From Octopus vulgaris (Eukaryota): a stretch of DNA of 64,000 nucleotides. Positions 1 through 13,570 of this stretch are shown here, piece by piece. Position 1 is the stretch's first letter. Every line of letters begins with the position of its first letter. The notes under the pieces are model-generated. The model ran no database searches. It was not told the origin of the DNA and worked only from the letters and a program-made list of their open reading frames with translations. Location: the NCBI GenBank assembly GCA_951406725.2, contig OX597837.1, positions 16,058,001-16,122,000 on the forward strand. Direction: 5' to 3'. The translations under genes were made by a program, and so were the position numbers.

Positions 1-16
1 GTGTGTGTGTGTATGC

Positions 17-72
<56 letters not shown>

Positions 73-312
73 ACACACACACACACACACACATATATAT
101 TATGGTGTTTGCAAAATTACATGCATTTCTGTATTTAAAAATATTTTGAAACAGAAATTTCCTTCAAAGAAATTTCAAGATTTAGAGGTAGACGTTTTAA
201 AACTATAAAACCTTGTTGTTGTTGATGTGGTTGTTATTGTTGTTGTTGTTGTTCTTCTTCTTCTTCTTCTTCTTCTTCTTCTTCTTCTACCACCCATTGT
301 TGTATTATTATT

Positions 313-375
<63 letters not shown>

Positions 376-510
376 GTGGTTGTTGTTTGATCCTTTGGGG
401 GCCGATTATATAAAGTACCTATCCAGTACTGGAGTCAAAATAGCGTCGACTAATTTCCCACCCCGCCTCAGAATTGCTGGCCTTGTGTTTAAATTAGAAA
501 TTAACACCAT

Positions 511-553
<43 letters not shown>

Positions 554-620
554 GCTGCTGCTGCTACTGCTGCTACAGCTGCTGCTACTGCTGCTGCTGC
601 TACTACTGCTGCTGCTGCTG

Positions 621-654
<34 letters not shown>

Positions 655-1022
655 AAGCTTCTAGTGAAATTATAAGGTGGAAAGCAGGAGATACTAGACA
701 GAGTGGCATGTCTGCTTAATACCAAGTTTTTGCATATTTTGGGACTTTTATTATTATTTTTCATTTACCTTTCATTCCGCCACCCCATTGTGAATATAAT
801 ACTACCTTCATCATGATTTTTTACAGAATTTTTTACTTTCTAAAAAAAAAAAATGATTCAAATATTTGCGTCCGTGTTATTTTATTATTTTATGTATATT
901 ATGACGTCAGTTATATATAAAACATATATTTAAAAAAAAACATCCTTTTTTAATTAAAATTTATCTTTAAAAATCTCTTTAAAATCTCAGATTAACACAG
1001 AGCTTCTGAAAGATATGAAGAG

Positions 1023-1053
<31 letters not shown>

Positions 1054-1702
1054 AACTAAGCAACAAGGATATCCTTGTTGCTTATTTTGATTTTAATCAC
1101 CTTACTTTGAAATTGTATGAATAATACCGTACTAAATTCTGGTGCCTCAATCATATTCATCTAAATATATATATATATATATATATGTAGGCGCTTTCGG
1201 CTGTTAACACCGTTCCAAGCATGTGTAAAATTATTTTCATGTCTTCCATAGCGTGTGTCTTAATCTTTTTTTCTTTAAGTGTCAAATATTCAAATATTGT
1301 CCTCGTAGAAAGAATTATTTGTTTTAAAATTTCATTTATACCCATGTGTTGTGTGTATGTTTGTGTACCTGTGTGTTCGCCCGTGTGTGTATTTGTACAC
1401 ATATGTATATGTGTATTATGATGTCTTCTTTATGACGTTCGGTATTTGTCATAACTGCTTGTACAGCAAGATCAAACTGTTTTGTCTCTGTCTTAGACAT
1501 TAGTCATATGTGTCTTTAGTCTTCTTATGCGTTTAAACTTTATGTCCACGTTATGACGTATGTTGCTGTTTGTTTAGTGTGTAATTCCAGTCATATACGT
1601 CGTTATTGTCGAGGCGGCGATGGTTGGTGTAGCTTCTATGAGTCTGTGTGTGTGTGTGTATTTGCGCGTGCATACCTACATTGATATAAATAAATATGTG
1701 CG

Positions 1703-1746
<44 letters not shown>

Positions 1747-1975
1747 CACACACACTTGTATAAATACATGCGTGTGTATATGTATATATATATATACTTG
1801 TATATATATATGTATGTAATGACTGTACCTATGTGCATACGTGTATGTAGGTCTCTCTCTCTCTCTCTCTCTCGCTCTCTCAATGTATATGTATGTATAT
1901 GTGTGTGTGTGTATGTATATATGTATGCATATATAAATTTATATATTTTTACGCGCATACACACACACATATATA

Positions 1976-2034
<59 letters not shown>

Positions 2035-2347
2035 GCACACACACGCGCACATACATCATAAACAGCCTCGCTTCCTATGGTCTACACCAAGAGTATGTAT
2101 AGTTTACATTGAGAAGTGTCACACATGTTTTATAACATGTTGGGCCGTCCAGATGATGGGATGCTGTGATTACAAACAGACTTTCTCCATCTTATGTCAC
2201 CATCTCCACATTTATTTACTCCACCAATCTATAGCGACCAACTACTACACATATACATGTGTATATATATATATACATAAATGTATGTATACATATATAT
2301 AAATAAATGTATGTATACATATATGTATACATATGTATATATGTATG

Positions 2348-2407
<60 letters not shown>

Positions 2408-3048
2408 CTCCTGATATCTGATTCTCATGAAGCGCTAACGATCCAAACTATTTACTACATACATACATACATACATATACACATGTGACTCTATATTTAT
2501 ACACGCTTGTATACATGCATATATGTGTATATGTTTATACATACACATATGTACACATTTATTATATGCATGCTACGCTGTTGTGTTTCTGACTAGTCCT
2601 TATTCGCTGGGGTAATCTATCCACCCTTAATAATGTCAGTCCTCTTTTTGTACTCTGGTACTTCAAATCTGAGGCTATTTCAACGTCCTCAGTCTATCGC
2701 ATCAGAATGGTTGTTCAACCTTCCCGTTCTCAGTTTTTAGTTTTCCTGTTTTCTGACGTACCCGATAAACTTCACATCTACCCGTTATATTGCTGTACTC
2801 CCTAATCAAACCCCTTTTAATGTTTTCCTAAAACTACGATAAATCCAGTTGTTATTTCTAACTCTGCAGTCTAAATATGTAACCCATACAATCTACCCCT
2901 GATATTGCAGAAACTTCGCTTTAACCATCATAATGTGGTACCTTGAAACTGGTACCACCAAATATTTATGCCTTTTTCTAAAGTACTTTCAAATTACCAA
3001 TATGTTGTAGGGTCCTGAAACTTAAGCGCCTTAATGCGTCCACTCCAG

Positions 3049-3255
3049 ATGCTGTGATATTCTTGGTTAATCCCTTATGCTGTGATATTCTTGGTTAATC
3101 CCTTATGCTGTGATATTCTTGGTTAATCCCTTATGCTGTGATATTCTTGGTTAATCCCTTATGCTGTGATATTCTTGGTTAATCCCTTATGCTGTGATAT
3201 TCTTGGTTAATCCCTTATGCTGTGATATTCTTGGTTAATCCCTTATGCTGTGATA
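3049..3255. repeat. Perfect 28-bp tandem repeat, about 7.3 copies (GCTGTGATATTCTTGGTTAATCCCTTAT)
   Basis: The unit recurs at 3051, 3079, 3107 and so on to 3247. Confidence 0.95.
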
Positions 3256-3337
3256 ATTTCCATCTACTCCTGGTGCTCGCCATTCTTTGCCACCCCACCA
3301 ATTTACTCTTTATTCCACAAATTCTCCAGCCCACTCC

Positions 3338-3437
3338 NNNNNNNNNNNNNNNNNNNNNNNNNNNNNNNNNNNNNNNNNNNNNNNNNNNNNNNNNNNNNNN
3401 NNNNNNNNNNNNNNNNNNNNNNNNNNNNNNNNNNNNN
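3338..3437. other. Assembly gap (100 N)
   Basis: Run of N. Confidence 1.
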
Positions 3438-3462
3438 GATTTATGACAATGGTAGTGATGAC

Positions 3463-3497
<35 letters not shown>

Positions 3498-5112
3498 CGA
3501 AGATGATGATGACGATGATGATGGTAATGGAAGCGGGGTACAATAATGGTGGTGATATTGCTGATGGGAGTGACGACGACATGTTTTTGTTGGTGTCAGT
3601 GGGGTGACGGTGAAAACGACGATGGTAGGGGTGGTGGTGGTGGCCTCGGTGTTGGAATGGTGGTGTTGGTGGAGATGGTGTTGGCGACGGTGGTGGCGGT
3701 GGTGTTGGTGATGGTGATGGTGGTGTTGGTGGAGATGGTGTGTGTGTGGGGTGGTGGTGGTGATAGTGGAGGTATTGACAGTGGCGAGAGTTATTTAATG
3801 CGTGGAGAAGTGATTAAGAAGAATGCGTTTGTTGTGATGGGGAAGGAAAATGGAGGAGACTGGGTTGGAGTAGGGTGGCAGGGTGCGGGGGGGGGGGGGA
3901 GAAGGAAGGTTCGGGAAGGTAGGGGGTGTGGTGGAAGATTGCGGTGGTGGTGGTGGTGGTGGAAGAAGGTAGAGGAAGAGGAAGTGAGGGTTGAGGGATT
4001 TCAGGAGAGCACGACCTGGAGAAGGTTAAGGAGAGCGAAGGGGAAGGCACCCTTAACTATGCCCCACCCTCACTCTCCTTACATCACAGCGATGGGGCCA
4101 AGGGTACTTTTACCGGTGGCACTAAGATAAACAATGAGAAAGTGCAATGACTCGCTACCCACCCCGAAACCTACCCCGAATCGGAAACCAATTCTGCAGA
4201 CATGACATGTCATCGCAAAAAATGGTAATTGTTCAATTAACGAATTGACAGCCCTCAAATCCTCCTCCTCCTCTCCAGCATCGGCGTCGAATCGACATCA
4301 TTATCATCATCATCATCATCACCAGCACCACCAACGGCATCAATCTCGCAGTCATTATCGTCCACCACCTCCACTTCCTCCTCTTCCTCCTCTTCTTCAA
4401 CAGCAACCTCAGTATCACAACATCATCAATATTGCATCATCATCATCATCATCATGATTATCTTTATCATCATCATCACCATCGTCTGTGTATATATGTG
4501 TGTGCGCATGTGCGTGCGTGTGCGTGTTTGTATGTATTGTATTTTTATGTGTGGCGGGGAGGACGTAGATTTCGGTAAACCACCACCACCACCACCACCA
4601 CCAACAACACCAACACCGTCGTCGTCGTCACCATCATCATCATCATCGTCATCATCATCATCGTCGTCACTGTCATCATAAGAGCCATTTGTCTACTCAC
4701 AAACTCTTGATTAACGTTACGATTAATTAATATTTTTACTAACATATTTGTTGTTGTTGTTGTTATTGTCTTTGTGAGTGTGTGTGGGGGGATATGCTGT
4801 TGTTTCTGCTGTTGTTGTTCTCGTCCTTTGCCATTACTACCAACGTCCATCATAGCCACTGGTTGTTCTTCTTGTCGCAGTTGTGGGTGGTTCTGTCTCT
4901 TATTCTCAATACCACTGTCAGTGTCTTGCTTACTAATAATTCATGTTAACATCACCCGCATTATTATTATTATTGTTGTTGTTGTTGTTGTTATCATCAT
5001 TGATATTGTATTTGCTCTTTCTTTCTCATAATCGTGCTCATCGTCGTCGTCGTCGTCTGTTGCTATTATCGTTTTAATCCTATCATAATTCTTCGAAGGC
5101 GTTCGTCTGTAA

Positions 5113-5192
<80 letters not shown>

Positions 5193-5452
5193 GTCTGTCA
5201 GTCTATATGTATATACATATATATATACGTATGTGCGTGTGTATGTATATATATGTACGTGTGTTTATATATATGTATGTATATATGCATGTATGTATAT
5301 GTGTATATGTACATCTGTATTTATATATATATAGGTATATGTGTATATATATGTATGTAATTGCACAGATACATACATCATATACACATATATGTATACA
5401 CATACATGTAACTCAACTTGATGGACCCCCATTATAAAATGTCGACTTCAGA

Positions 5453-5970
5453 TCACTGAGAGGGGGGAGATACTTCATTGCCTTTTTTCGACTTCTTTCT
5501 ATCCTTGTTCCTCTTCTTCGATCCCTTCTTCTTCCTCCTCCTCTTCTTCTTCTTGCGATTCTTCTTGTCGTTCCTGTTCCTCTTTTTATCCGTTTTGTTC
5601 TTCTCCTTTTTCTCTGTCTTGTCCCGGTTATACACATCCGGTATGGCCCACGATTTGCATGGGTTATCTTTCTTCCACATTTTCGTCGCCGCTCGGAAAC
5701 CTTCCGATTTTCTCTGATATGGACTAACGAAAAAAAGAAGGAATTTGTCTTGCTCCATGCGGCCCATCACTAGAAGCCTCTTCTTTGGAGCGATCAAAGA
5801 AGCATTGTTCTTAGCACAGTCGCATTTGTTGGTCACCGGAATGTAACCAGCTAATTTTCGGATCTGTTTCTTCACCAGCGAACCACGTTTGTACGCTCGC
5901 TTCTTCCGCATGAAATTCACTCGTAGGTAGCCATTTTCTGCGTTCACACTGTCCACCGTTACACGGAACA
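5453..5970 (-). CDS. SFRP: Terminal coding exon of an sFRP1/2/5-type secreted frizzled-related protein: C-terminal part of the NTR (netrin-like) domain plus a basic tail
   Basis: Non-repetitive ORF (V)FRVTVDSV...NKCDC...RLLVMG...FRAATKMWKKDNPC matches the sFRP NTR layout (CxC, LVMG, terminal C). A polypyrimidine tract and cag acceptor lie at 5971-5998 (tctttctttgtcttctttcag|TGTTCCGT, phase 1); the TGA stop is at 5453-5455. Confidence 0.9.
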
Positions 5971-6228
5971 CTGAAAGAAGACAAAGAAAGAGAAAAGAGT
6001 GTATGTGAGAGAGAGCGAGAAAGAAATATAGTAAGTTGTTGAAAAGCTAGAAGAGGACAGACAAAAAAAAAAAGAGAAAAAAAGAGAAACACACAAATTT
6101 CATACATACATACACGCATGCACGCAAGCAAAGATGCAAACAGAAATATATATGTACTAAGGAATTATTGGACGTGAACATTGTTTTGCTATTATTCAAT
6201 TAAGAGTATATCTATGTTTATATCTATC

Positions 6229-6295
<67 letters not shown>

Positions 6296-6348
6296 CATAT
6301 ATAAATAACAAAATGAAAGACAGAAGATGGAATATACGAGAATATATT

Positions 6349-6453
6349 ATTAATCACAACAATTGTTTCGATACATCGACTCCTCTTGTGGGACACTCAA
6401 CAACTGGTTCAGGTGTATCCGGTGGTGCAGATGTATCTCGTCGGGTGATAAAT
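6349..6453 (-). ncRNA. Type-I hammerhead-ribozyme-like motif (U4C core)
   Basis: Minus strand: AUUUAUCAC-CCGACGA-GAUACAUC..GAUGUAUC-GAAAC-AAUU-GUU-GUGAUUAAU. Stem I pairs 8 of 9 bp, stem II has an 8-bp base, and stem III has a palindromic loop. Confidence 0.75.
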
Positions 6454-7287
6454 AAATAATATCGTTAAAATGACTGTTCCACAATGCAACTTTCTGTTTT
6501 GTAGAGAGAAAAGCAGCCAGGCGGAGGAGAATTTTTCATTTATATATTTAGAAGCTACCAATAAGCTACCAGGCGTAAACCATTCGTTTTATTATCCATT
6601 ACATGTGTGTGTGTGTGTATGTGTGTGTGTGTATCAAAATAGTGTTAGAGATAGAAACACCCACAACTTCATCAACTCCAAACGATATTAACTCAACCAA
6701 GCCATAAAATATTAAATAATATTCTTACTATTTATATTCATAATCCCACAATTTTCCATATTACGGAAAGTCCGTGATATGGAAGATTTGTTGTTTACTC
6801 CTGCTTTTATATGAGTGATCTGGTTTAGAGTTTTTTTTAGACCGGTTTAAAGTTCGAATTCTTGTTTAATTTATCTCTTAAACATTTCTTTTTACAAGGT
6901 AAATTAGCTTTTAAAGTCTAATACCTGAGTTGAATCATATTTTGTTTTGCTGCAGCCACAACTGCGCCTATAGGTAGATCAAGATGCAAAAACAATATCA
7001 GAGCAATATTATAAAAAAAAAAACCCACCGAAAATTAAATAAAAATATATTAAAAGGAAGAAATAACAGCCAATACTTTATATCTGCCAAATATTTATAC
7101 CGCCAAACACTACTTGAAGGCCTTCTGGCTTTTAACAAAAACAAAGAGCTATTGGCTGTTTTTTTTCTCCTTTTTTATATTTTTATTTTACTTTGCAAAG
7201 TTTCATTTTTTTTTTTCGAATGTTATTATGAAATTGTTTTTTCATTTTGACACTCAAATTCATAAAGCGTTCCATATTTTTCCTAAA

Positions 7288-7445
7288 GGCGCAGGTGTAG
7301 CTGTGTTGTAAGAAGCTTGTTTCCCAAACAAATGGTTCTGAGTTCAGTTCTACTGCCTTGCACCGTGGATATGTGTTTTCTATTATAACCTCGGGTCGAC
7401 CAAGGCTCTGCGAGTGGATTTGATAGACGGAAACTGAAAGAAACA
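7288..7445 (+). mobile_element. tRNA-derived SINE, 5' half (family A, resembling octopus OK-type SINEs)
   Basis: ggcgcaggtgtagctgtgttgtaagaagc (A box) ... gagttcagttct (B box) ... gacggaaactgaaagaa. Homologous to copies at 8205, 22610, 49105 and 52650. Confidence 0.8.
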
Positions 7446-7652
7446 CACACACGTGTTATATTTATTTCCTAAAGTGCGATAACTCCATATGATAATTTAA
7501 TCGATAGAGATCAATAAAGTAAATAACAAATGAAACACTACAGGCGTCGATACGTAATTGATCTAACAAAACGAAAAAAGAATCTAAAGCAAAGAAGTGC
7601 TACAGCTTGACCGCAACACAACGACGGGAGCCACAAAAATAATGTGAGGATA

Positions 7653-7973
7653 TCTCTATATATATAAAGCTGAAGTTGTCTGTGTATGACAGGTTTGGTA
7701 GCCTTCAACTAACACTATCTCCTCCGAGACCCTGCGGCGCAAGTTGACCAAAATTGAGAGTATAATAGAAGAAGGCTTGCTCTTCCTTCCGTAGAAGAAA
7801 ATATTCAAATCAGACCATGTTAACACCAAAAATTATTTACATCAAAAAGGTGCTTTTTTTCTATGAAAATCCCTATTTTTTACGATTTTTTGTCTGCTGT
7901 GTCGCCATTTTTCAGTGTATTTCAACCAGAAAAATGTTCACTATTCCCGAGCAACGCCGGGCGATACTGCTAG
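7653..7973 (+). mobile_element. Non-autonomous Helitron
   Basis: Starts A|TCTCTATATATATAAA, has a subterminal GC hairpin cccgagcaacgccggg, and ends CTAG|T (insertion into AT with no TSD). Confidence 0.8.
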
Positions 7974-8204
7974 TAAGTCTATAAATCTAAACTGGGGCTT
8001 GGTCACCTGAGACATGTAAAACACCATCAGTGTACACGTGATATGTGTAGAAATACTGGTGATGACGCGATACATTGGAAGAGGATACGACGTCCAATAT
8101 ATTAAGAATAGATGTGTGACGGGGGGCGAGGACACACTGTCGTTCGGTCGCAGCCTTTCGTGAAGCTCTTCGTTATATCGACAAACAGAATTGTATATAT
8201 ATTA

Positions 8205-8406
8205 CGTCACTTGTTTCAGTCATTAGACTGCGGCCATGCTGGGGCTCTGCCTTGAGGAGTTTAGTCGAACAAATCGACCGCAGTATTCCATTTGTTAAGT
8301 CTGATGTTTATTCTATCTTTCTCTTTTAGCCGAACCGCTGAATTACGGGCACGTAAACAAACCAACACGGGTTGTCAAGCTGTGCTGGAGGACAAATGCA
8401 AACACA

Positions 8407-8450
<44 letters not shown>

Positions 8451-8454
8451 TATA

Positions 8455-8501
<47 letters not shown>

Positions 8502-8625
8502 GAGAGGCTTTTTTCAGTTTCTGTCTACCAAATTCACTCTCAAGGCTTTGGTCGACTCGGGGTTATAGTAGAAGGTGACATCAATGGGCCTGGATCCAGA
8601 ACCTTGTACTTGGGATGCAAACTTT
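8205..8625 (-). mobile_element. SINE family A copy with internal microsatellites
   Basis: Reverse complement of the tail (tgtttcagtcattagactgcggccatgctgggg) and of the body (tttcagtttctgtctaccaaattcactc). Confidence 0.75.
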
Positions 8626-8629
8626 GCGC

Positions 8630-9680
8630 TCCAGCCTAAACACTGCGACCATGTTGGAGCACTGCCATCTTCGTAATCTTTTCAATGAGCATTCTTCTAT
8701 GGTTGGCTTTTGATATTGCTGCTCGCATGTGAGTCCCTTGTCGTCAAAGAGGTACACCTGGGACCTTGGACAGCAGAAGGCCCACGTGCTGCTTGAAAAC
8801 ATCTAGCCTTACTCTATGTAGATCTCTTAGGTTTTTCGGCCACATATCAGTTGTGTACCCTTCAAACCCAAGTTATTGTAGAGCGGATCCTTACTATAGA
8901 CAGGATGGTTAGGGCCTTTGCTACTGTGCAGTGGCGTCTTGTTCGGGGGTTGGTATAATTTAGATAACTTAGATTGGTTTCGGACATTATCGGCCTAGGC
9001 CATGAGTAACTCAATAACACCGCCTGGAAAAGGCTTCTAGTTAATTATTTCGGGACAGCATGGACCACTCAAGCAGAGAGTTGCTGTTGGTTGAGACGTA
9101 TTTAGGTGTAGGTGGTTTATCCGGTATTTCCTGGAGGAATTTGTCCAGGTATCGTTTGAAAGTTGTGGGGTTTTTTTCTACTTAAATTTCTTTCGGAGTA
9201 ACAGTGAAAAGAGCAGGACCATTTGCCGTGAAGAAATTGTGTCGCAATGTGATCTCGACCTTTGTAGGGGACGCATTGCACGGGGTCCTAGTCTTGGGTA
9301 AGTTGTAAACATAATACCGATATCATTTGGATAATATTGGTGGAATATTTTCCACGTGGTGCAAATAATGTATTGCTCACGGCGGCGTTGCAGAAAATAG
9401 ATTTTCAGCTGTTTAAGTCGAGTTCAATAATCAAGTCCCATCATGCCATTTATTTCTTTTATTGATTGATCTTTGTGGGGCTTCGATCCCCATTATGTCT
9501 TTTTTTCTTTTGTAAGGAGACCACAACGGGCAGCAGTATTCGAGATGGGGCCTTGCGAATGTGGAGAAGAGAAGGATGATGGTTTCATGACCCCTAGATT
9601 GAAAAGCTCTGAGGATCCATGAGGACACTCTGCGGCCAACATCGACTTTTTAACTCTTGACACTAAAGATTGGTGTCAAC
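8630..9680 (-). mobile_element. 5'-truncated CR1-like LINE (RT C-terminus plus 3' UTR), frameshifted
   Basis: WILRAFQSRGHETIILLFSTFARPHLEYCCPLWSPY and FKRYLDKFLQEIPDKP are typical CR1-group C-terminal motifs. The 3' end reads gatggcagtgctccaacatggtcgcagt. Confidence 0.8.
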
Positions 9681-10043
9681 CGTTCCAGAATCTTCTATGT
9701 TCATACAAACACATGCGTGTGTGTGCGTGCGTGTGTGTGTGTGTGTATGGGTGTATATGTTTGGATGTATATGTATATGTAAATTTATATAACCACCTAT
9801 GCCTTATACTTATTCTATACACAGTGTCGATAGGCCAACAACTGTAGCATCTGTCGTGAGACAGCATCTCTTAAGGACTTGCTTTGTTAAAAAACTCCCA
9901 ATAAATATCAGAACACGATATTCAAAGCAGCGGCCAACGTAAATCTTTGTGTTTGTTTAACTGTACGTAGATAAAAATATATGTGTGTCTGTGTTTAAGT
10001 GTATGTCTGTCTGTCTGTCGGCCTGTCTGTCTGTCTGTCTCTG

Positions 10044-10096
<53 letters not shown>

Positions 10097-10457
10097 GCAC
10101 GCGCGCGTACACACGCAAACACATACACACATACAGATATGAATATATATACACACATACACACTCACACTGAATATTTGTAAACCCATTGCCTGTATAT
10201 GTGATACCTGCATTGATAGAAAGATGATAGTATTGAAACAAAACACTCTTAACGCAGCAGTAATTGATACGTGTGAGTGTACATGTATATGTGTGTGTAT
10301 ATGTATATGTGTGTGTATATGTATATGTGTGAGTATATGTATATGTTTATATATATACATATATACATATATATATATATACACACATATATATGTGTAT
10401 GTACTTGTGTGTATACACATATGTATATACATATATATATATACATATGTGTGTATG

Positions 10458-10505
<48 letters not shown>

Positions 10506-10578
10506 TGAGAATTCACAAAAAAAAGACGAAGACTGGTGATGTAGACAACAAACAGATGTATTAGTTTAACGCTCGATA

Positions 10579-10614
<36 letters not shown>

Positions 10615-10618
<4 letters not shown>

Positions 10619-11017
10619 CAACAATTGAGGGTAAAATTAATTAATTATTAATCAATTTCACCAAGTGTTCAGTATGCAAAGGGACCATTTAAGGCTTATT
10701 ACATTATATAAAGGGCTTAGTATATACTGAACTCATTAGAAAACAGTAAAAACTTTTAAAGCTATTTCTATACTTAAAGAAAATCCTCTCATATATATTT
10801 GCCTAATTACTCACAAAGTTTGGGGTAAGGACATTAAAAAATTAAAAAAACCTTAGCATTTGATTTTTTAATGTCCTTATTTGTGAGTTGAATTAGGCAA
10901 ACGCTATATATGAGAGATTTTTAAGTATTAGAAATAGCTAAAAAGTTTTTAGCTTATTTCTAATGAGTTCAGTATGCGGCGAAGTAATTTATTTTACTAA
11001 GCCCTTTATATAATGTA

Positions 11018-11021
<4 letters not shown>
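10615..11021. mobile_element. Foldback element between (TA)n tracts
   Basis: Imperfect inverted arms of about 150 bp (10696 onward and ending 11021). The left terminus aacaattgagggtaaaattaatt is shared with 53897, 54290 and 56285. Confidence 0.7.
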
Positions 11022-11079
<58 letters not shown>

Positions 11080-11094
11080 TTCAAAATTATACTA

Positions 11095-11250
11095 AAAGCA
11101 TAAAATAACAAACGAGGGAACAACAAACAAGGTGTTTTAGTTTGGCGCTCAGGAAAAATGGAGGAAATCTCTGGAGTTTCGAGCCTACGCTCTTCTACAG
11201 AAAGAAAGAAAAGAGAGACAGGGAAAAAAATTGGAGAGAAAACTTGATTT
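11095..11250 (-). mobile_element. Short Penelope-derived element with a minimal hammerhead-like motif
   Basis: gtttcgagcctacgctcttctacagaaag (11176-11204) is identical to the motif at 44715-44743, and the flanking sequence is homologous. Confidence 0.55.
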
Positions 11251-11289
11251 AATTAACGATTGCACGTGTGTTTGTGTGTGTGTGTGTGC

Positions 11290-11388
<99 letters not shown>

Positions 11389-12039
11389 ATCACGTGTCTG
11401 CTGTAGCGGAGCCGTGACCTGTGAATTCTGAGAAGTAGAGACCCTTTGGCTTCCAAGAGACCCTGTCGAGCAACGTTGCTCCAGAGACCCGTCGGATCTC
11501 CATTTCTGAAGCCTTAAACAAATTTAATTTAATACAAGCTGCGTAATAATCAGTTTGTAAATTTAAGGATTTTTCTCTCGCCTCCAACAACAACAGCAAC
11601 AATCAACAGAAACCAACGACAGAGATATCTACGCGGTCGCTCACTCTGTTAAAAGTAACAACCAAATCTTTTTCAAACTTTACACAAACGCTTACAAAAT
11701 AGTTAACTATGCGAGATAAGCTAATACTGAATAAGATATACGAGAAAAGAAGGCAGGGGAACCATAGCTAGCATTCCCCTCTCGGGTATCCTACTATTTT
11801 TCTGTATATTGAAAAGAGCAATAGAATGTTTCCACATCGTCAGGAATCTCCATGGCCAAAGGCTTTCATATACATAACTGTACAGTTTTCTACTGGGTTT
11901 TCGGATAAATTCCTTTCTGACCAATGTGTTTTGGATTAAGACGAAAAACATTTTTATCGTTGTGTTTTATGGTTTCTTTGCTGTAGCTCTGTTCTTTCTC
12001 AACAACTTTTGTTTATTGTTTTTGAAATTTGAATAAATT

Positions 12040-12480
12040 TTACCTCTTTTAAGACATAATTTTACGCTATTACTGAAAAAAATGTACTGAAACGGTTTTC
12101 ATGCTTCAAGAAGGAATAATTCGACCTCACAGACTCTCCGCACCCCGGTCGACCTGTTCAGTTCAACAAGCACATCCACGAGGATCCTCGCCAATCCACC
12201 AGGGAATTGGTCAAGCAGATGGATTGGTCCCAAGATACTGTTATCTGCCACCTTCACCCGTGTTTCTTCAACATGACAACGCTCCTCTCCCACGCCGCTA
12301 TTTTGACCAAAATTGCTATTCATGAGTTCAGTTGGTCAGGTCTGCCACTACCGACATATTCTTCAGATATATATTGCCTTCAGATTACCACGTTTTTGGG
12401 TCGCTCTCCCTTTGTCTGCGACGCGTTTCCTTTGACAACGACCTGGAGCTGAGAAATGTAGTTCAATAAATTCTTTTGTA
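12040..12480 (+). mobile_element. Internally deleted mariner transposase relic
   Basis: Translates to FDLTDSPHPGRPVQF (HTH linker), FLQHDNAP and LPSDYHVFGSL, resembling the mariner HDNARPH and YSPDLAPSDYHLF motifs. Confidence 0.7.
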
Positions 12481-13258
12481 TGCATATGTATGTATGTATG
12501 TATGTATGTATGGATGGATGGATGGATGGATGGATGGATGGATGGATGGATGGATGGATGCTTGTATGAATGTTTAAATATGAGTGTAGGTCGTTCCTTG
12601 TCATTCAACTGTGTGTATTAGACCTGTTCAATTAGGGCTGACCTGGGGCTAAAACAACAGTAACAACAACAATCATCGCCACCACCACCACACCCCACTA
12701 TTCCCGCCAGAACAGCCTTACGTGGCCGGAGTCAATGTGCACATCGGCGGTGCACGAAGTGAAATAGAAAACTTGGCAGTTCAGCCCCGGGTGCATTTCC
12801 ATGTGCATGAATGCATGGCGTGCATGTGTCTAGATTTAAACTGCAATTGACAAGATTGGACAGGGGTGAGGGATGATGGTGGTGGTGGTGGTGGCTAAAT
12901 ATTGCTAGATGGTGTGATGGAGGGCGGGGAAGGAGATATAATGGGATGTGGAGAGGGAGGATGAATGCGGTGGTGGTGGTGTTAATGGTGGTGGTGATGG
13001 TGACGGTGGTGGTGGTGGTGGTGGTGGTGGTGGTGGTGTGTGTGTGAACCATAACGACGTGTCAATTGGAAAACTGAGCGCATGACACGCAGAGATGTCA
13101 GGTGAGGAATTAAAAGGTAGGGTCGGATATTTAAGGGTGGAACGACGGGCGGGCGGGGGGTGAGGGGAAAGAGAGGAAGAGGGGAGGAGGAGGGGAGAAG
13201 CAAGAAGAAGAGAGATTTGAACAAAGATGTGTGTGTGTATCTGTGTGTGTGTAGTTAT

Positions 13259-13309
<51 letters not shown>

Positions 13310-13510
13310 CAGACAGACAGACTGACAGGCAATCCTCAGACGCACCCTTGCAACAGAAAACATCGAACGCTACCTTCACCTTTTTCTACTCAAATGGTTT
13401 TTAACCCAATATTTTACGCGTTATTGTTTAAAGCTTTGTGTGCTTCGAGACTCACCGTTCCAAAAGATAATTATTTCATGTTCTCTCGAAAGTTTCTAAA
13501 TTCTTATGAC

Positions 13511-13570
<60 letters not shown>

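Noticed and set aside
2740-3030. Several CTGA...GAAAC fragments as a hammerhead array
   Set aside because: I could not build consistent stems I-III, so it is too degenerate to support.
3049-3255. Perfect 28-bp repeats as a CRISPR-like array
   Set aside because: Head-to-tail units with no spacers in a eukaryotic context, about 80 bp from a gap. This is an ordinary minisatellite or a contig-end artefact.
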